The translations under genes and the position numbers were made by a program. The notes below the pieces were generated by a model. It was not told the origin of the DNA. It ran no database searches and saw only the letters and a list, made by a program, of their open reading frames with translations. Below are positions 11,901 to 24,283 of a DNA stretch of 64,000 bases, in pieces. How positions within the stretch are numbered: position 1 is the first letter of the stretch; every line of letters starts with the position of its first letter. This DNA is from Anthoceros angustus (taxonomy: Eukaryota; Plantae; Anthocerotophyta): NCBI GenBank assembly GCA_010909165.1, contig VJWM01000107.1:124001-188000 (forward strand), written 5' to 3'.

Positions 11901-13964
11901 ATGCAGGAAGAGGACATTATTGGACCTGATTCTGTGACTTTTGTGTGTCTCTTACAGGCATGTGCGAGTGTCGGCACTCTGGCTTTGGAGAAAGGGAAGC
12001 AGCTTCATGCACAGATTAGAGAACGAGGGCTTCAGGTTGATGTAGCTGTATCTGGGAGCCTGGTAAACATGTATGCAAAGTGTGGGAGCCTATTGGATGC
12101 TCGTGGCGTGTTTGATGCGCTTGATGAGAAAAATGTGGTGACGTGGAGTGCCATGATAGCTGGATATTCCCAGCAGGGCATGGGGCAGGATGCTCTTGGG
12201 CTCTACAGGGCTATGCAGGAAGAAGGCGTGGTCGTAGTTGATTCTGTGACTTTTGTGTCTCTGCTGCAGGCATGTGCAAGCGTGGGTGCCATGGCTTTGG
12301 AGGAGGGGAAGCAGCTGCATGGACATATAAGAGAGCGAGGTCTTCAAGCTGATGTAGTTGTAGGTGGGAGCCTGGTAAACATGTATGCCAAGTGCGGGAG
12401 CCTAGAGGATGCTCTTGGAGTATTTGAAGGACTTGATGAAAAGAATGTGGTGACATGGAATGCTATGATATCAGCCTATGGCCAGGGGGGAATGGGGCTA
12501 GCAGCCCTTCATCTTCACACCACTATGCAAGAAGAAGGTGTTGTTCCCGATCCTGTCACATTTGTGTGCCTTCTGCAGGCATGTGCAAGTATGGGGAAAC
12601 AGGCTTTGGAAAAGGGAAAGCAGCTTCATTCACAAATTCGAGAACTAGAACTCCAAGCTGACGGGTTTGTCGTTAGCAGTTTGGTGGACATGTATGCAAA
12701 GTGTGGCAGCCCCGAGAATGCTCGTGATGTGTTTGATGGACTTGATAGCAAAAGTGTGGTGACTTGGAATGCTATGATAGCAGGATATTCCCAGCAGGGC
12801 ATGGGACATGAAGCCCTCCGTCTGTATTGTGCAATGGAAAATGAAGGCAATGCTGCGCCTGATTCTGTGACATTTGTGTGCCTCTTACAGGCATGCGCAA
12901 GTATGGGCAACCCAGCTTTGGAGAGTGGGAAGCAGCTTCATGCCCAAATCAGACAACGAGGCCTCGAATCTGATGAGTTTGTAGCTGGCAGTTTGGTCAA
13001 TATGTATTCAAAGTGTGGCAGCCTAGAAGATGCTCAGAGCTTGTTTGATGGGCTTGGTCAAAAGAATGTGGTGACGTGGAATTCCATGATAGCAGGATAT
13101 TGCCAACAGGCATGGGGCAGCAGGCGCTTGGTCTGTACAGGGCTATGCAAGAAGAAGGTATGGCTACACCCAATTCTGTCACATTTATTTGCCTGCTTCA
13201 GGCGTGTGCAAGTGTGTCAGCTTTGCATCTTGGGCGGCAGCTTCATGCAAATATCAAAGCAGAAGGGCTTCAGGCTGATGTGCTTGTAGCTGGCTCTTTG
13301 ATAGACATGTATGGAAAGTGTGGAAGCATGGTGGATGCACGGCAGGTGTTTGATGCTTTGCCTGAAAGAGATGTTGTCACCTGGGTGCCCTGATTTCGGA
13401 TATACCGTCAGGAGAAAGTGAAGAAGTCTTTGACTTGGTTCTGAGGATGACACAAGACGGCATAGAGCCAGATGGTATCACGTTCCTGAGTCTACTGACA
13501 GTGTGTAGTCACAGGGTCTAGTGAACAAGGGGCAAGAATACTTTGAGGCTATGAGCAAGTGCCATGGCATCACTCCCACGTTGGAGCACTACACATGCAT
13601 GGTGGATCTCCTGGGTCGTGCAGGGCATCTAAGCAGCACTAGCTTTGGTAAAGTCAATGTACCGAATGCTGCAATTTGGCATGCTCTATTGGGTTCTTGT
13701 CAAAAGTGGAGTGATGCGGAGGTGGGATCCCACGCTTTCCATGAAGTGCTGAAGCTAGACAAAAAAGACGCTGCAGCTTATGTGTTGATGGCAAACATAT
13801 ACACCAGTGCACAGATGTGGCAGGAGGCTCTGGAGGTGCAAGCACAGAGAATACAAATTGGGGCCTGGAAGCAGCCAGGCCAGAGCTGGTGGACGGACAT
13901 GGATGGACTGGTGCATACGTTTTTGGTTGGGAATAAGAAACAGCCCGGACTGAGGCAAGGCTGA
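8910..13964 (+). CDS. Very long intronless PLS-class PPR protein with an N-terminal PDF-like motif and a truncated WW-type C-terminus (frameshifted as assembled)
   Basis: First in-frame ATG at 8910. Repeated 104-aa P-L-S triplets (NVVTWNAMIAGY / SVTFVCLLQACA / LVNMYAKCGSL), then HYTCMVDLLGRAG, E1/E2 and WKQPGQSWWTDMDGLVHTFLVG before a stop. Many 1-bp homopolymer deletions in 11070-11560 and 13110-13670. Confidence 0.85.
10305..12815 (+). repeat. ~1.24-kb near-identical tandem duplication (four PLS triplets) inside the PPR gene
   Basis: cagcagggcatgggacatgaagcc..ggtctttatagggttatgcagg recurs at ~10313 and ~11549. The copies differ mostly by homopolymer length. Confidence 0.9.
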
Positions 13965-16140
13965 AACAGAGGGGTTAGGACTCCTTTGCCGGCAGACCTC
14001 TCTGACGGCTCAATTTCCTGCAACTCGCCAGAATACTTACACTGGTACCAGCTGTGCTCCATGCACAAGCTGAAGTTTTTCAGAGTATGAAGCTCCAAGA
14101 AGCTGTGAGGAAGGGCAGGTTCGTGTGCAATTGTTGAGGGTTGGCTGGGATGTTCCGTTGTTGGACGGTATTGTCAAGTTGCCTCATGAAGCGTTGTGTT
14201 ACTTCGCAGATATGCAAGATCAGTTTTGAAGGAAACCTCTGGTTGTGCTTGTGGCGATCGCAGTATGTATGCTCTGTAACTCTCGTCAAGTGCAAAATTC
14301 TGCGTACCAAAAGCATCATGTAGGTTATCTACAATCTAGGCGTTTGGCGACTAGCTTCTGCATCGCTCTGATTACGTTGTCTTGCGACTGTCTGCAGCAT
14401 TCTGGGAGGAGACTGACGCTCCGAATGACAAGCAGCAGTGCGTGCAACGTCGCCGTTACAGAGGCCAAAAACATCGACGTGATCGAAGTTAGCATCATGA
14501 GAACGTCAGCGTAGGTGAAGTCAAGTTCTCTCAGGCGGAAAGAGACGTCCTCATCTAAAATCAGGGCATGTTCACGTTGTAGAAGCAGCCTGCAGATGAG
14601 TCTTCATTGGTTTCAGCTACTGGTCCTGAACCAAGTTTTTGCGGACTCAAGACAGACCCGTTTCTGTCCCTTCGTTGCAGCCAAGCTGTGTATCCTTGCC
14701 AGTCACCTAGACCTTTCAAGAGGGAGCTGGCCTTGAAGTGTTCCTAGTGTTCTTAGGGGCGGAGGAAAGCAAGGCAATTTATTGAATCATTCAAAGTTAT
14801 CCTCGTACGAATCTCGAAGAAAATAGCTGTCCTAGTGCGAAGTTGTACATCCACGTTTTTGGAGGAAAGGGAAGAACTTGAGAGCACCTTAGCGATCATC
14901 ACATGGCTGCCTTGGGACTGATCCAAATCGGTGTTTTTATACCCACATTGTAGATGGCTATGGTGGCGTCATCTTGAACAAGTAGCTCGAAGTTGGAATT
15001 ATTCCTGTTGGTGTTACTAGCCCACTTCACCCCTCCAGACGCATCGTAAACGACCAAATTGCCATCCCGCTGCATATCGGCGTGGCAGCCGGTACCTGCC
15101 AAGTAAGAGTTGGAAGCCCACACCGCATTGTGAAGCGGATACCTGTACAGCACCAGGTTGCAGTCCAGCTGCATCGTCAACCTGTACAAGCCCCGGGCCG
15201 AAGTGAGGGACACCTTGGGCGCCAAACTGCCTGGGCTGAGCAGGGTGTCAGCTCCGCTCACTGCCTGCAACAACAGAGGTAAGGAAAACAGCCACATTGC
15301 CCAGAGTTCCATGCCGTACATCCACTCCTTTCGGAAAAGAGCTTGTTTTGAAGACGCTCCAGACGGCAGACGGACGCGAAGAAATCGAGGACGGCAGGAA
15401 AAAAGAGCTGCCTGCCTGTCCTGTCTAATCGGGTCATGAAGACATTGGAATTTCCGGTTGGCCCTGCAGGTGAGAAACCGACCTAGCCCGACTAGGTACG
15501 TGTCATTTACGAGCAATCCCGTAAAGACCCCTTGTGAACAAGCACCCGGAACGACCACGAGCGAAGAGTTCGGGGATATGGAATGAAATGAAACACCACC
15601 AGAAAATACCGATCAGGACATCCCATGTCACCATAGGCTTTGTGTTCATGCTGTCAAAAACCTGGCTTGCATTCCCCACTTCACCACTTTCTGCATGCAC
15701 GTCCACGAGGCAGATGCCCACTACTACGTCATCCAGCAGTCCTCTTTCGACATTCCTTGAGTGCAGCTGCCTGCCCTACTGTAAGGCGCCAGTGCCTGCA
15801 AAGGCCTACCGAGGGGTAGCCCATGTCATCACATTTGTTGTGTTCATGCCGTTCACCACATCTTGCATACCCAGCGATCAGCGCCCTCCATGTCACCACA
15901 TCCTTCTTGGCCATGCTTTCCAAAATCCTAGCGTGCACCTGTCAGTTCGCCACATTTTGCATACATGTCCACCAGGACGTTGCCAACAAACAAGCTACTG
16001 GGAGGGCTGGATCACAAGAAGCATACCCAGATATCAGGGCGGTCCATATGTCACCAGATGTTTTGTGTTCATGCTGTCAACAACCTGGCTTGCATCCTTC
16101 AGTTCACGACATTTTGCATACCATGCGATCAGTGCCGTCC
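12754..16140. repeat. Segmental duplication copy 1 (PPR 3' half, lectin, PPR pseudogene part)
   Basis: Colinear and near-identical to 20759-24283. Confidence 0.95.
14899..15312 (-). CDS. Secreted GNA/bulb-type mannose-binding lectin, copy 1 (137 aa, intronless)
   Basis: Signal-peptide-like MELWAMWLFSLPLLLQAVSG; QxDxNxVxY sites QLDCNLVLY and QRDGNLVVY, degenerate QDDATIAIY; WASN motifs. Confidence 0.9.
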   Translation of the reverse strand: MELWAMWLFSLPLLLQAVSGADTLLSPGSLAPKVSLTSARGLYRLTMQLDCNLVLYRYPLHNAVWASNSYLAGTGCHADMQRDGNLVVYDASGGVKWASNTNRNNSNFELLVQDDATIAIYNVGIKTPIWISPKAAM

Positions 16141-17650
16141 ATTTCACCACATCCTTCTTGGCCATGCTTTCCAAAACCCAGATATCAGGGCGGTCCATGA
16201 CACCACATTCTCTGTGTTCATGCGGTAAAAAACCTGGCGTGCATCTTCCAGTTCTCCACGTGTTGCACACACGGACGTCCACAAGCCAGGTGCCCACCGC
16301 TACGTCATCCAGCATTCACTCTTTCGTCAATCTGTGAGTGCAGCTGCCTGCCCTTCTGCAAGGCACCAGTGCTTGCACAGGCCTTTAGAAGGCAAGCGAA
16401 GGGAACATGGCTAGCTAAAACCAGCCCCTCCTACTCCATTTGTCCATAGACGACAAGCGCCTCATGTCCAGCCCTTGCTGTGCATACCCAGCGATCAAGG
16501 CATTCCATGTTACCACATTCTTTGTGTTCATGCTGTCAAAAACCTGGCGTGCATCTACCAGTTCGTCACATTTTGCATCAATGTCAAATACATGTACAGT
16601 GTCATACATGAAAAAGAGTGTGCACGACTCAGCGAGAGTGTGGGAGCCCCGTACTAGCACATGCCCAAGTCTCACACAGAGATAGATCATGAACTCGTCT
16701 CCTTCTTACCTGAATATAGTTTCAACACAAATCCTTCTTACCTGTGCGCAGTTAAGCACAGTGCAGAACAGAGACTGAGACTGAGAAATAGCAAATTCCG
16801 TGTGCGCCAGACATTCCAGGGTTACGGTAGTGGCAACGCCAATTTCCGAACCTGGACGCCTGCCAGGCTGCCAGCTTCAGGCTTACCTGGGGCTTGACTC
16901 CAAAGGACAGGCACCATGATCCATCTGCATACCAAGGAAACGAGCTTCTCATCAACCCAAGCTGGCGTGACATTGTCTAGCCACAGCACCTCGGCAGACC
17001 CCTTACGCCCGAAGTCAGCCGAACGGGAGCAGCTCTTATCTCGTCTGTTGACCGACCACACGGTAGGGTCCAGAAAAAACTGTTGCCACAAGTCCTCCTG
17101 CTCCTGGCGACAAACAGCGTTGGAAAACTCGTCCCCACCCACACATTTACTCGGAAGTGGAAATGCTGGGCTTACACTGCTGCACCTCGAGCTCATTTCC
17201 GACTCCGCACGCCGCGCACGTTCAGGATTATCCGGAGAGCTTGACATGGAAGGAGAAGCACCATAGCCCATCTGCATATCCAAGGAAATGAGCTAACACA
17301 GCCTGCTGCTTGCCCTTCTTGATCTGTACCTCCATACGTGACGACACCAGCCCATGGCCCCTTCCAGCCTACCTCCACACGGATAGCTGCGCTAGATACA
17401 GCTCCCCCAGTACTCATTCGACTCATACCCAAGTTCGACGGTGAGCAAAATGCGAAACATAGATTGAGAAATAGCAGAGTCAGCTTGCGCCAGAGATTCC
17501 AGGGCTCCAATGGCCTCAGAGGGCCTCGCCTGCTGACATGACATGCTCACGGTTCCAGTCGTCACAATGCTCATTTCCCAACCTGCACACCCGGCCATGA
17601 ACTCGTCGCCCAACAACCAAATCCTCCCTAGCTGAGCAAAGTTTAAGCAC
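15580..17650 (-). pseudogene. Fragmented, rearranged PLS-PPR pseudogene related to the 27467 gene
   Basis: Broken QVFDSMNTKNVVTWNALIAGYAQQG repeats, an N-terminal block (CVGGDEFS..LWQQFFLDPTVW..PAWVDEKLVSL) and MGYGASPSMSSSPDNPE, with many stops and frameshifts. Confidence 0.85.
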
Positions 17651-18371
17651 AGTGCAGAACACTGCCCGAGAAGGAGCAGAGTCTCTCTGCTCCTCAGTGA
17701 ACTTCCCCTACATGCTCATAAATCCAGCAGTCACGACGCCCATAAGCGGTCCTGCATGCTTGGCAGGCCCCAGGGTGACCCACACCATGACCCATCCATG
17801 ATTCAACTTTTTTGAATGCCATTAGATCTAAGAGCAACACAGGCACAGAGGAACTGTCAGAACTGCACCCCACATTTGCAGAATATGATAAGGACACGCC
17901 CTCCAGTCCAACAGAATCGTTTCGTCTACCACCATCTTCCACAGCACTATCCTTTCTCGGAAGACTCAAGTTTGGCGGATTAATTGCACTCCTGATGTGG
18001 GTAAGTGCTGAAACTGGAGCCTCCACATCAGTATCATCTGAATATCCGTCACATCCTGCTGCCTTACCTGAGGTTCTGTTTCTGCTGGAACATTGATCAC
18101 CATCCGGAATGGCAGCTTCTGTTTCAGCCTATCCAAGCATGTTGGCAATGCTCTCGTGAGGTAAGTTCAAATCAATTGAGCCGATAGACTTCCTTGTGTG
18201 TGGTCGTCAGGAACACGGCTGATGTGCGAGCCCTTGGCTCTACCTTTTCCCTTACATTTACTAACTAACTAAATGTGGACATTGTGGGGTTTATTGGACA
18301 CGGTCTAGGTCTTCCAACGACAATCTTTTAGATTTACGGAGTAGGCTTGGTGCTGGGCGTAGCGGACTGCC

Positions 18372-20214
18372 ATGGACCAGGAGGAGGGCAGCCAGGACGT
18401 GAAGCTGGTGCTGGGGCACAAGCTCTTCCTGCTCAGGTCGCGCGATGTGCCCGACATCGAGAAGGTTCAGCTCAAGGAGGATGCCCAGGCGATCATCTTT
18501 GCCGATGGTGGGTGCCGGTCTGCTATGCGGGTTGTTCGGTTTCAGGGCGGCCTGTGGAGGCGGAATGGAATCACGGACTGTTCGCTGATGTTGCTGCAGA
18601 TATGGTTTCGCTATATGAGAGCCTCAGCGGTGAGCTTGGATGGGAGGTGGACCAGGCGCGTGTCAGCGCTATGCATGCCAGAATTGAGGAGGAAGTGAAG
18701 AAACTGGACGAAAAGCAAGTTATTTCTCGCCTAGGTCGTCTTTTGCTCGCCAGTGGGAAGGTGAGCTGACCCGGGATTGTTCTGTGTGCAGGATTGCCGA
18801 TGCGGAAGAGAACTTGGGGGAAAGTGACGTTCGGGATGCGTTGCTTGCGAAGGCAACCTACTATCTTCGGATTGGGGACAAGGTGCTTGCTGTGTGTGGT
18901 TGAGGCTCGTGGTGTGGTTTGGCACGTGCAGCGGACCTGACGGTTGGTTTTGGTCTCTTGGTGTGTTTGCGTCCAGGAGAAATCCCTGGAACAACTGAAA
19001 GTCACAGAAGCCAAAACCGTGGCTGTTGGTCAGAAGATGGACCTTGTGTTTCATACTCTCAGGCTGGGGTTTTTCCTCTTGGACTTTGATTTGATCTCCA
19101 AGAACATTGACAAAGCTAAAAGGTAAGATTTGTTTCTGCGTAACAGGTTTTTATAACCATGCTGTGTCGTGGAGCACGACTCTTAAATTTGTTTATCTGT
19201 CTATAGCTTGTTCGAAGAAGGTGGTGACTGGGAGCGAAAGAATAGGTTAAAGGTCTATGAGGGCCTATTTGCTATGGCCACAAGAAATTTCAAGGCAGCT
19301 GCCCAGCTGTTCCTTGATTCGATCTCTACCTTCACGACCTATGAACTTTTCTCATATGACACCTTCATTTTCTACACTGTTCTTACAAGTATCATCTCGC
19401 TTGACAGAGTATCTCTGAAGCAGCAGGTATTGCATTCCTGTCTTGCATGCCGTAGGGAGCTCTGTGTTTCCAGTTCTGTATGCAAGTTTCAAACTTGTAT
19501 CATTGTCTTACAGGTGGTGGATGCCCCAGAGATCTTGGCTGTTATTGGCAAGATTCCGAATCTCTCTGACTTCTTGAATTCACTGTATAGCTGTCAGTAC
19601 AAGACGTTCTTCATTGCCTTTGGTAAGGGCACTCTTGCAGCATCGCCGCTGATTTCTTGTCTTGGACAAACAGATATTCTGGGCTTCATGAGCCAAGAAT
19701 GTTTGATGTAGTTCGCCCTGGACTTGGTGATGTGTTGCAGCCAATCTGACAGACTCAATCCGGTTGGATCGGTTTCTCTACCCTCATTTTCGATATTACA
19801 TGCGAGAAGTCCGGATGGTGGCCTACTCTCAGTTTTTGGAAGCGTACAAGAGTGTGACTTTGGAGGCTATGTCAAGAGCTTTTGGCGTCAGCATGGACTT
19901 TCTGGATATGTAAGTTAGGCGGCAGCTCGTCTTTTGCCTCAGGATTTGTTGCTGGCCTATCCGCTTTATTTTGTATCGCGTCCTTCTGTCCATGTCCAGT
20001 GCCACACTCATTGAGAATTTGCTGTTACTACTGTTGCAGGGAATTGTCACGTTTCATAGCTTCGGGTAGGCTCAGCTGCAAGATTGATAAGGTTGCTGGT
20101 GTGCTAGAGACAAATAGACCTGATGCAAAGAATGCACTGTATCAGGCTACCATCAAGCAAGGCGATTTTTTGCTGAACCGCATTCAAAAGTTGTCCAAAG
20201 TAATCGATCTGTGA
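18372..20214 (+). CDS. RPN7: 26S proteasome lid subunit RPN7 (PSMD6), multi-exon
   Basis: [40 protein letters not shown] and [45 protein letters not shown]. One GC-AG intron (18715-18791). Confidence 0.95.
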
Positions 20215-20758
20215 GACCTGCATTTTCATGTGAAGAATCGGTGTATTTTTAATGCGTTGTGTCTGTTGAGATGAGCTATACCGCATGAAGTACTGAGGTT
20301 GAGCGCCAAATCAATGGGCTGTAACCTAATTTTCATTGCGAAGAACTGTGCGATTCTTGCTTTGCGGCATGGATTGGGTTGTCACCATGCTTGCCAGTCG
20401 AATCGCAACATGCATTCTGGTTTTGTAGCTTTCTTAGACACAAAAATTAGGAAAAAAGGGCCTTCAGCCTGTGCTTTCGACAATACCTCAGCCATACACG
20501 TTCACAACGGAACAAGCACTTTTGCCCGAAGGGCGGCGGCCTGGAGCTTACCCCACAGCGTGGGGGGCTTATGGCGGATGAAATGGAAATATGGGTAAAT
20601 GTCTACGTCCAAAACAGACTTGGGCTTGGCTCGGAGGGCTAAGAATAATATGGACCAGCTGCAGTTTGTGGATGAGAATCTATTGGCCAGTGATCCAGAG
20701 CACATCGTCGGCGGGCACTACGTGAAGTCCTTCGTGGAACGCCCAAACAAATCGTAGT

Positions 20759-21983
20759 GTGTGGTGACTTGGAATGCTATGATAGCAGGATATTCCCAGC
20801 AGGGCATGGGACATGAAGCCCTCCGTCTGTATTGTGCAATGGAAAATGAAGGCAATGCTGCGCCTGATTCTGTGACATTTGTGTGCCTCTTACAGGCATG
20901 CGTAAGTATGGGCAACCCAGCTTTGGAGAGTGGGAAGCAGCTTCATGCCCAAATCAGACAACGAGGCCTCGAATCTGATGAGTTTGTAGCTGGCAGTTTG
21001 GTCAATATGTATTCAAAGTGTGGCAGCCTAGAAGATGCTCAGAGCTTGTTTGATGGGCTTGGTCAAAAGAATGTGGTGACGTGGAATTCCATGATAGCAG
21101 GATATTGCCAACAGGGCATGGGGCAGCAGGCGCTTGGTCTGTACAGGGCTATGCAAGCAGAAGGTATGGCTACACCCAATTCTGTCACATTTATTTGCCT
21201 GCTTCAGGCGTGTGCAAGTGTGTCAGCTTTGCATCTTGGACGGCAGCTTCATGCAAATATCAAAGCAGAAGGGCTTCAGGCTGATGTGCTTGTAGCTGGC
21301 TCTTTGATAGACATGTATGGAAAGTGTGGAAGCATGGTGGATGCACGGCAGGTGTTTGATGCTTTGCCTGAAAGAGATGTTGTCACCTGGAGTGCCCTGA
21401 TTTCGGGATATACCCGTCAGGAGAAAGTGAAGAAGTCTTTGACTTGGTTCTGAGGATGACACAAGACGGCATAGAGCCAGATGGTATCACGTTCCTGAGT
21501 CTACTGACAGTGTGTAGTCACAGGGGTCTAGTGAACAAGGGGCAAGAATACTTTGAGGCTATGAGCAAGTGCCATGGCATCACTCCCACCTTGGAGCACT
21601 ACACATGCATGGTGGATCTCCTGGGTCGTGCAGGGCATCTAAACGACGCACTAGCTTTGGTAAAGTCAATGTATGTACCGCCGAATGCTGAAATTTGGCA
21701 TGCTCTATTGGGTTCTTGTCAAAAGTGGAGTGATGCGGAGGTGGGATCCCACGCTTTCCATGAAGTGCTGAAGCTAGACAAAAAAGACGCTGCAGCTTAT
21801 GTGTTGATGGCAAACATATACACCAGTGCACAGATGTGGCAGGAGGCTCTGGAGGTGCAAGCACAGAGAATACAAATTGGGGCCTGGAAGCAGCCAGGCC
21901 AGAGCTGGTGGACGGACATGGATGGACTGGTGCATACGTTTTTGGTTGGGAATAAGAAACAGCCCGGACTGAGGCAAGGCTGA
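20759..21983 (+). pseudogene. 5'-truncated copy of the WW-type PPR gene
   Basis: Begins mid-P motif (VVTWNAMIAGY) with no targeting N-terminus, has a frameshift at ~21420, and ends PGQSWWTD..LRQG*. Confidence 0.8.
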
Positions 21984-23043
21984 AACAGAGGGGTTAGGAC
22001 TCCTTTGCCGGCAGACCTCTCTGACGGCTCAATGGCCTTAGGTGAAGCTGGTTGCCTCATGACAGCCTAGCCCAAGGTTTCAAGGCGGTGACGAACGCCA
22101 TTGAGATGCATGCGGCACAGCTTTGTGTTCTAGCTGAGGACTGCAACTCGCCAGAATACTTACACTGGTACCAGCTGTGCTCCATGCACAAGCTGAAGTT
22201 TTTCAGAGTATGAAGCTCCAAGAAGCTGTGAGGAAGGGCAGGTTCGTGTGCAATTGTTGAGGGTTGGCTGGGATGTTCCGTTGTTGGACGGTATTGTCAA
22301 GTTGCCTCATGAAGCGTTGTGTTACTTCGCAGATATGCAAGATCAGTTTTGAAGGAAACCTCTGGTTGTGCTTGTGTGGCGATCGCAGTATGTATGCTCT
22401 GTAACTCTCGTCAAGTGCAAAATTCTGCGTACCAAAAGCATCATGTAGGTTATCTACAATCTAGGCGTTTGGCGACTAGCTTCTGCATCGCTCTGATTAC
22501 GTTGTCTTGCGACTGTCTGCAGCATTCTGGGAGGAGACTGACGCTCCGAATGACAAGCAGCAGTGCGTGCAACGTCGCCGTTACAGAGGCCAAAAACATC
22601 GACGTGATCGAAGTTTGCATCATGAGAACGTCAGCGTAGGTGAAGTCAAGTTCTCTCAGGCGGAAAGAGACGTCCTCATCTAAAATCAGGGCATGTTCAC
22701 GTTGTAGAAGCAGCCTGCAGATGAGTCTTCATTGGTTTCAGCTACTGGTCCTGAACCAAGTTTTTTGCGGACTCCAAGACAGACCCGTTTCTGTCCCTTC
22801 GTTGCAGCCAAGCTGTGTATCCTTGCCAGTCACCTAGACCTTTCAAGAGGGAGCTGGCCTTGAATCCAACGGGAATCTTTGAAGTGTTCCTAGTGTTCTT
22901 AGGGGCGGAGGAAAGCAAGGCAATTTATTGAATCATTCAAAGTTATCCTCGTACGAATCTCGAAGAAAATAGCTGTCCTAGTGCGAAGTTGTACATCCAC
23001 GTTTTTGGAGGAAAGGAAGAACTTGAGAGCACCTTAGCGATCA

Positions 23044-23457
23044 TCACATGGCTGCCTTGGGACTGATCCAAATCGGTGTTTTTATACCCACATTGTAGAT
23101 GGCTATGGTGGCGTCATCTTGAACAAGTAGCTCGAAGTTGGAATCATTCCTGTTGGTGTTACTAGCCCACTTCACCCCTCCAGACGCATCGTAAACGACC
23201 AAATTGCCATCCCGCTGCATATCGGCGTGGCAGCCGGTACCTGCCAAGTAAGAGTTGGAAGCCCACACCGCATTGTGAAGCGGATACCTGTACAGCACCA
23301 GGTTGCAGTCCAGCTGCATCGTCAACCTGTACAAGCCCCGGGCCGAAGTGAGGGACACCTTGGGCGCCAAACTGCCTGGGCTGAGCAGGGTGTCAGCTCC
23401 GCTCACTGCCTGCAACAACAGAGGTAAGGAAAACAGCCACATTGCCCAGAGTTCCAT
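23044..23457 (-). CDS. GNA/bulb-type lectin, copy 2
   Basis: Same as copy 1 except NRNN versus NRND. Confidence 0.9.
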   Translation of the reverse strand: MELWAMWLFSLPLLLQAVSGADTLLSPGSLAPKVSLTSARGLYRLTMQLDCNLVLYRYPLHNAVWASNSYLAGTGCHADMQRDGNLVVYDASGGVKWASNTNRNDSNFELLVQDDATIAIYNVGIKTPIWISPKAAM

Positions 23458-23724
23458 GCCGTACATCCACTCCTTTCGGAACAGAGCTTGTTTTGAAGAC
23501 GCTCCAGACGGCAGACGGACGCGAAGAAATCGAGGACGGCAGGAAAAAAGAGCTGCCTGCCTGTCCTGTCTAATCGGTTCACGAAGACATTGGAATTTCC
23601 GGTTGGCCCTGCAGGTGAGAAACCGACCTGGCCCGACTAGGTACCTGTCATTTACGAGCAATCCCGTAAAGACCCCTTGTGAACAAGCACCCGGAACGAC
23701 CACGAGCGAAGAGTTCGGGGATAT

Positions 23725-24283
23725 GGAATGAAATGAAACACCACCAGAAAATACCGATCAGGACATCCCCTGTCACCATAGGCTTTGTGTTCATGCTGTC
23801 AAAAACCTGGCTTGCATTCCCCAGTTCACCACTTTCTGCATACACGTCCACGAGGCAGATGCCCACTACTACGTCATCCAGCAGTCCTCTTTCGACATTC
23901 CTTGAGTGCAGCTGCCTGCCCTACTGTAAGGCGCCAGTGCCTGCAAAGGCCTACCGAGGGGTAGCCCATGTCATCAGATTTGTTGTGTTCATGCCGTTCA
24001 CCACATCTGGCATACCCAGCGATCAGCGCCCTCCATGACACCACATCCTTCTTGGCCATGCTTTCCAAAATCCTAGCGTGCACCTGTCAGTTCGCCACAT
24101 TTTGCATACATGTCCACCAGGACGTTGCCAACAAACAAGCTACTGGGAGGGCTGGATCACAAGAAGCATACCCAGATATCAGGGCGGTCCATGTCACCAG
24201 ATGTTTTGTGTTCATGCTGTCAACAACCTGGCCTGCATCCTTCAGTTCACGACATTTTGCATACCATGCGATCAGTGCCGTCC
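23725..24283 (-). pseudogene. Duplicated PPR pseudogene fragment
   Basis: QVVDSMNTKHLVTWTALISGYASCD and similar; copy of 15580-16140. Confidence 0.75.

Larger units (their letters stand above)
20759..24283. repeat. Segmental duplication copy 2
   Basis: Matches 12754-16140 with scattered substitutions and ~110 extra bp at ~22034-22140. Confidence 0.95.

Noticed and set aside
15313-15558. N-terminal extension of the lectin ORFs (219 aa in the ORF track)
   Set aside because: It uses a non-ATG start, and the signal-peptide-like segment begins at MELW (or MYGM), so the upstream part is likely UTR.
17694-18190. Minus-strand ORFs between the PPR pseudogene and RPN7, and the hydrophobic ORF 5886-6209
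   Set aside because: No recognisable homology; left unannotated.
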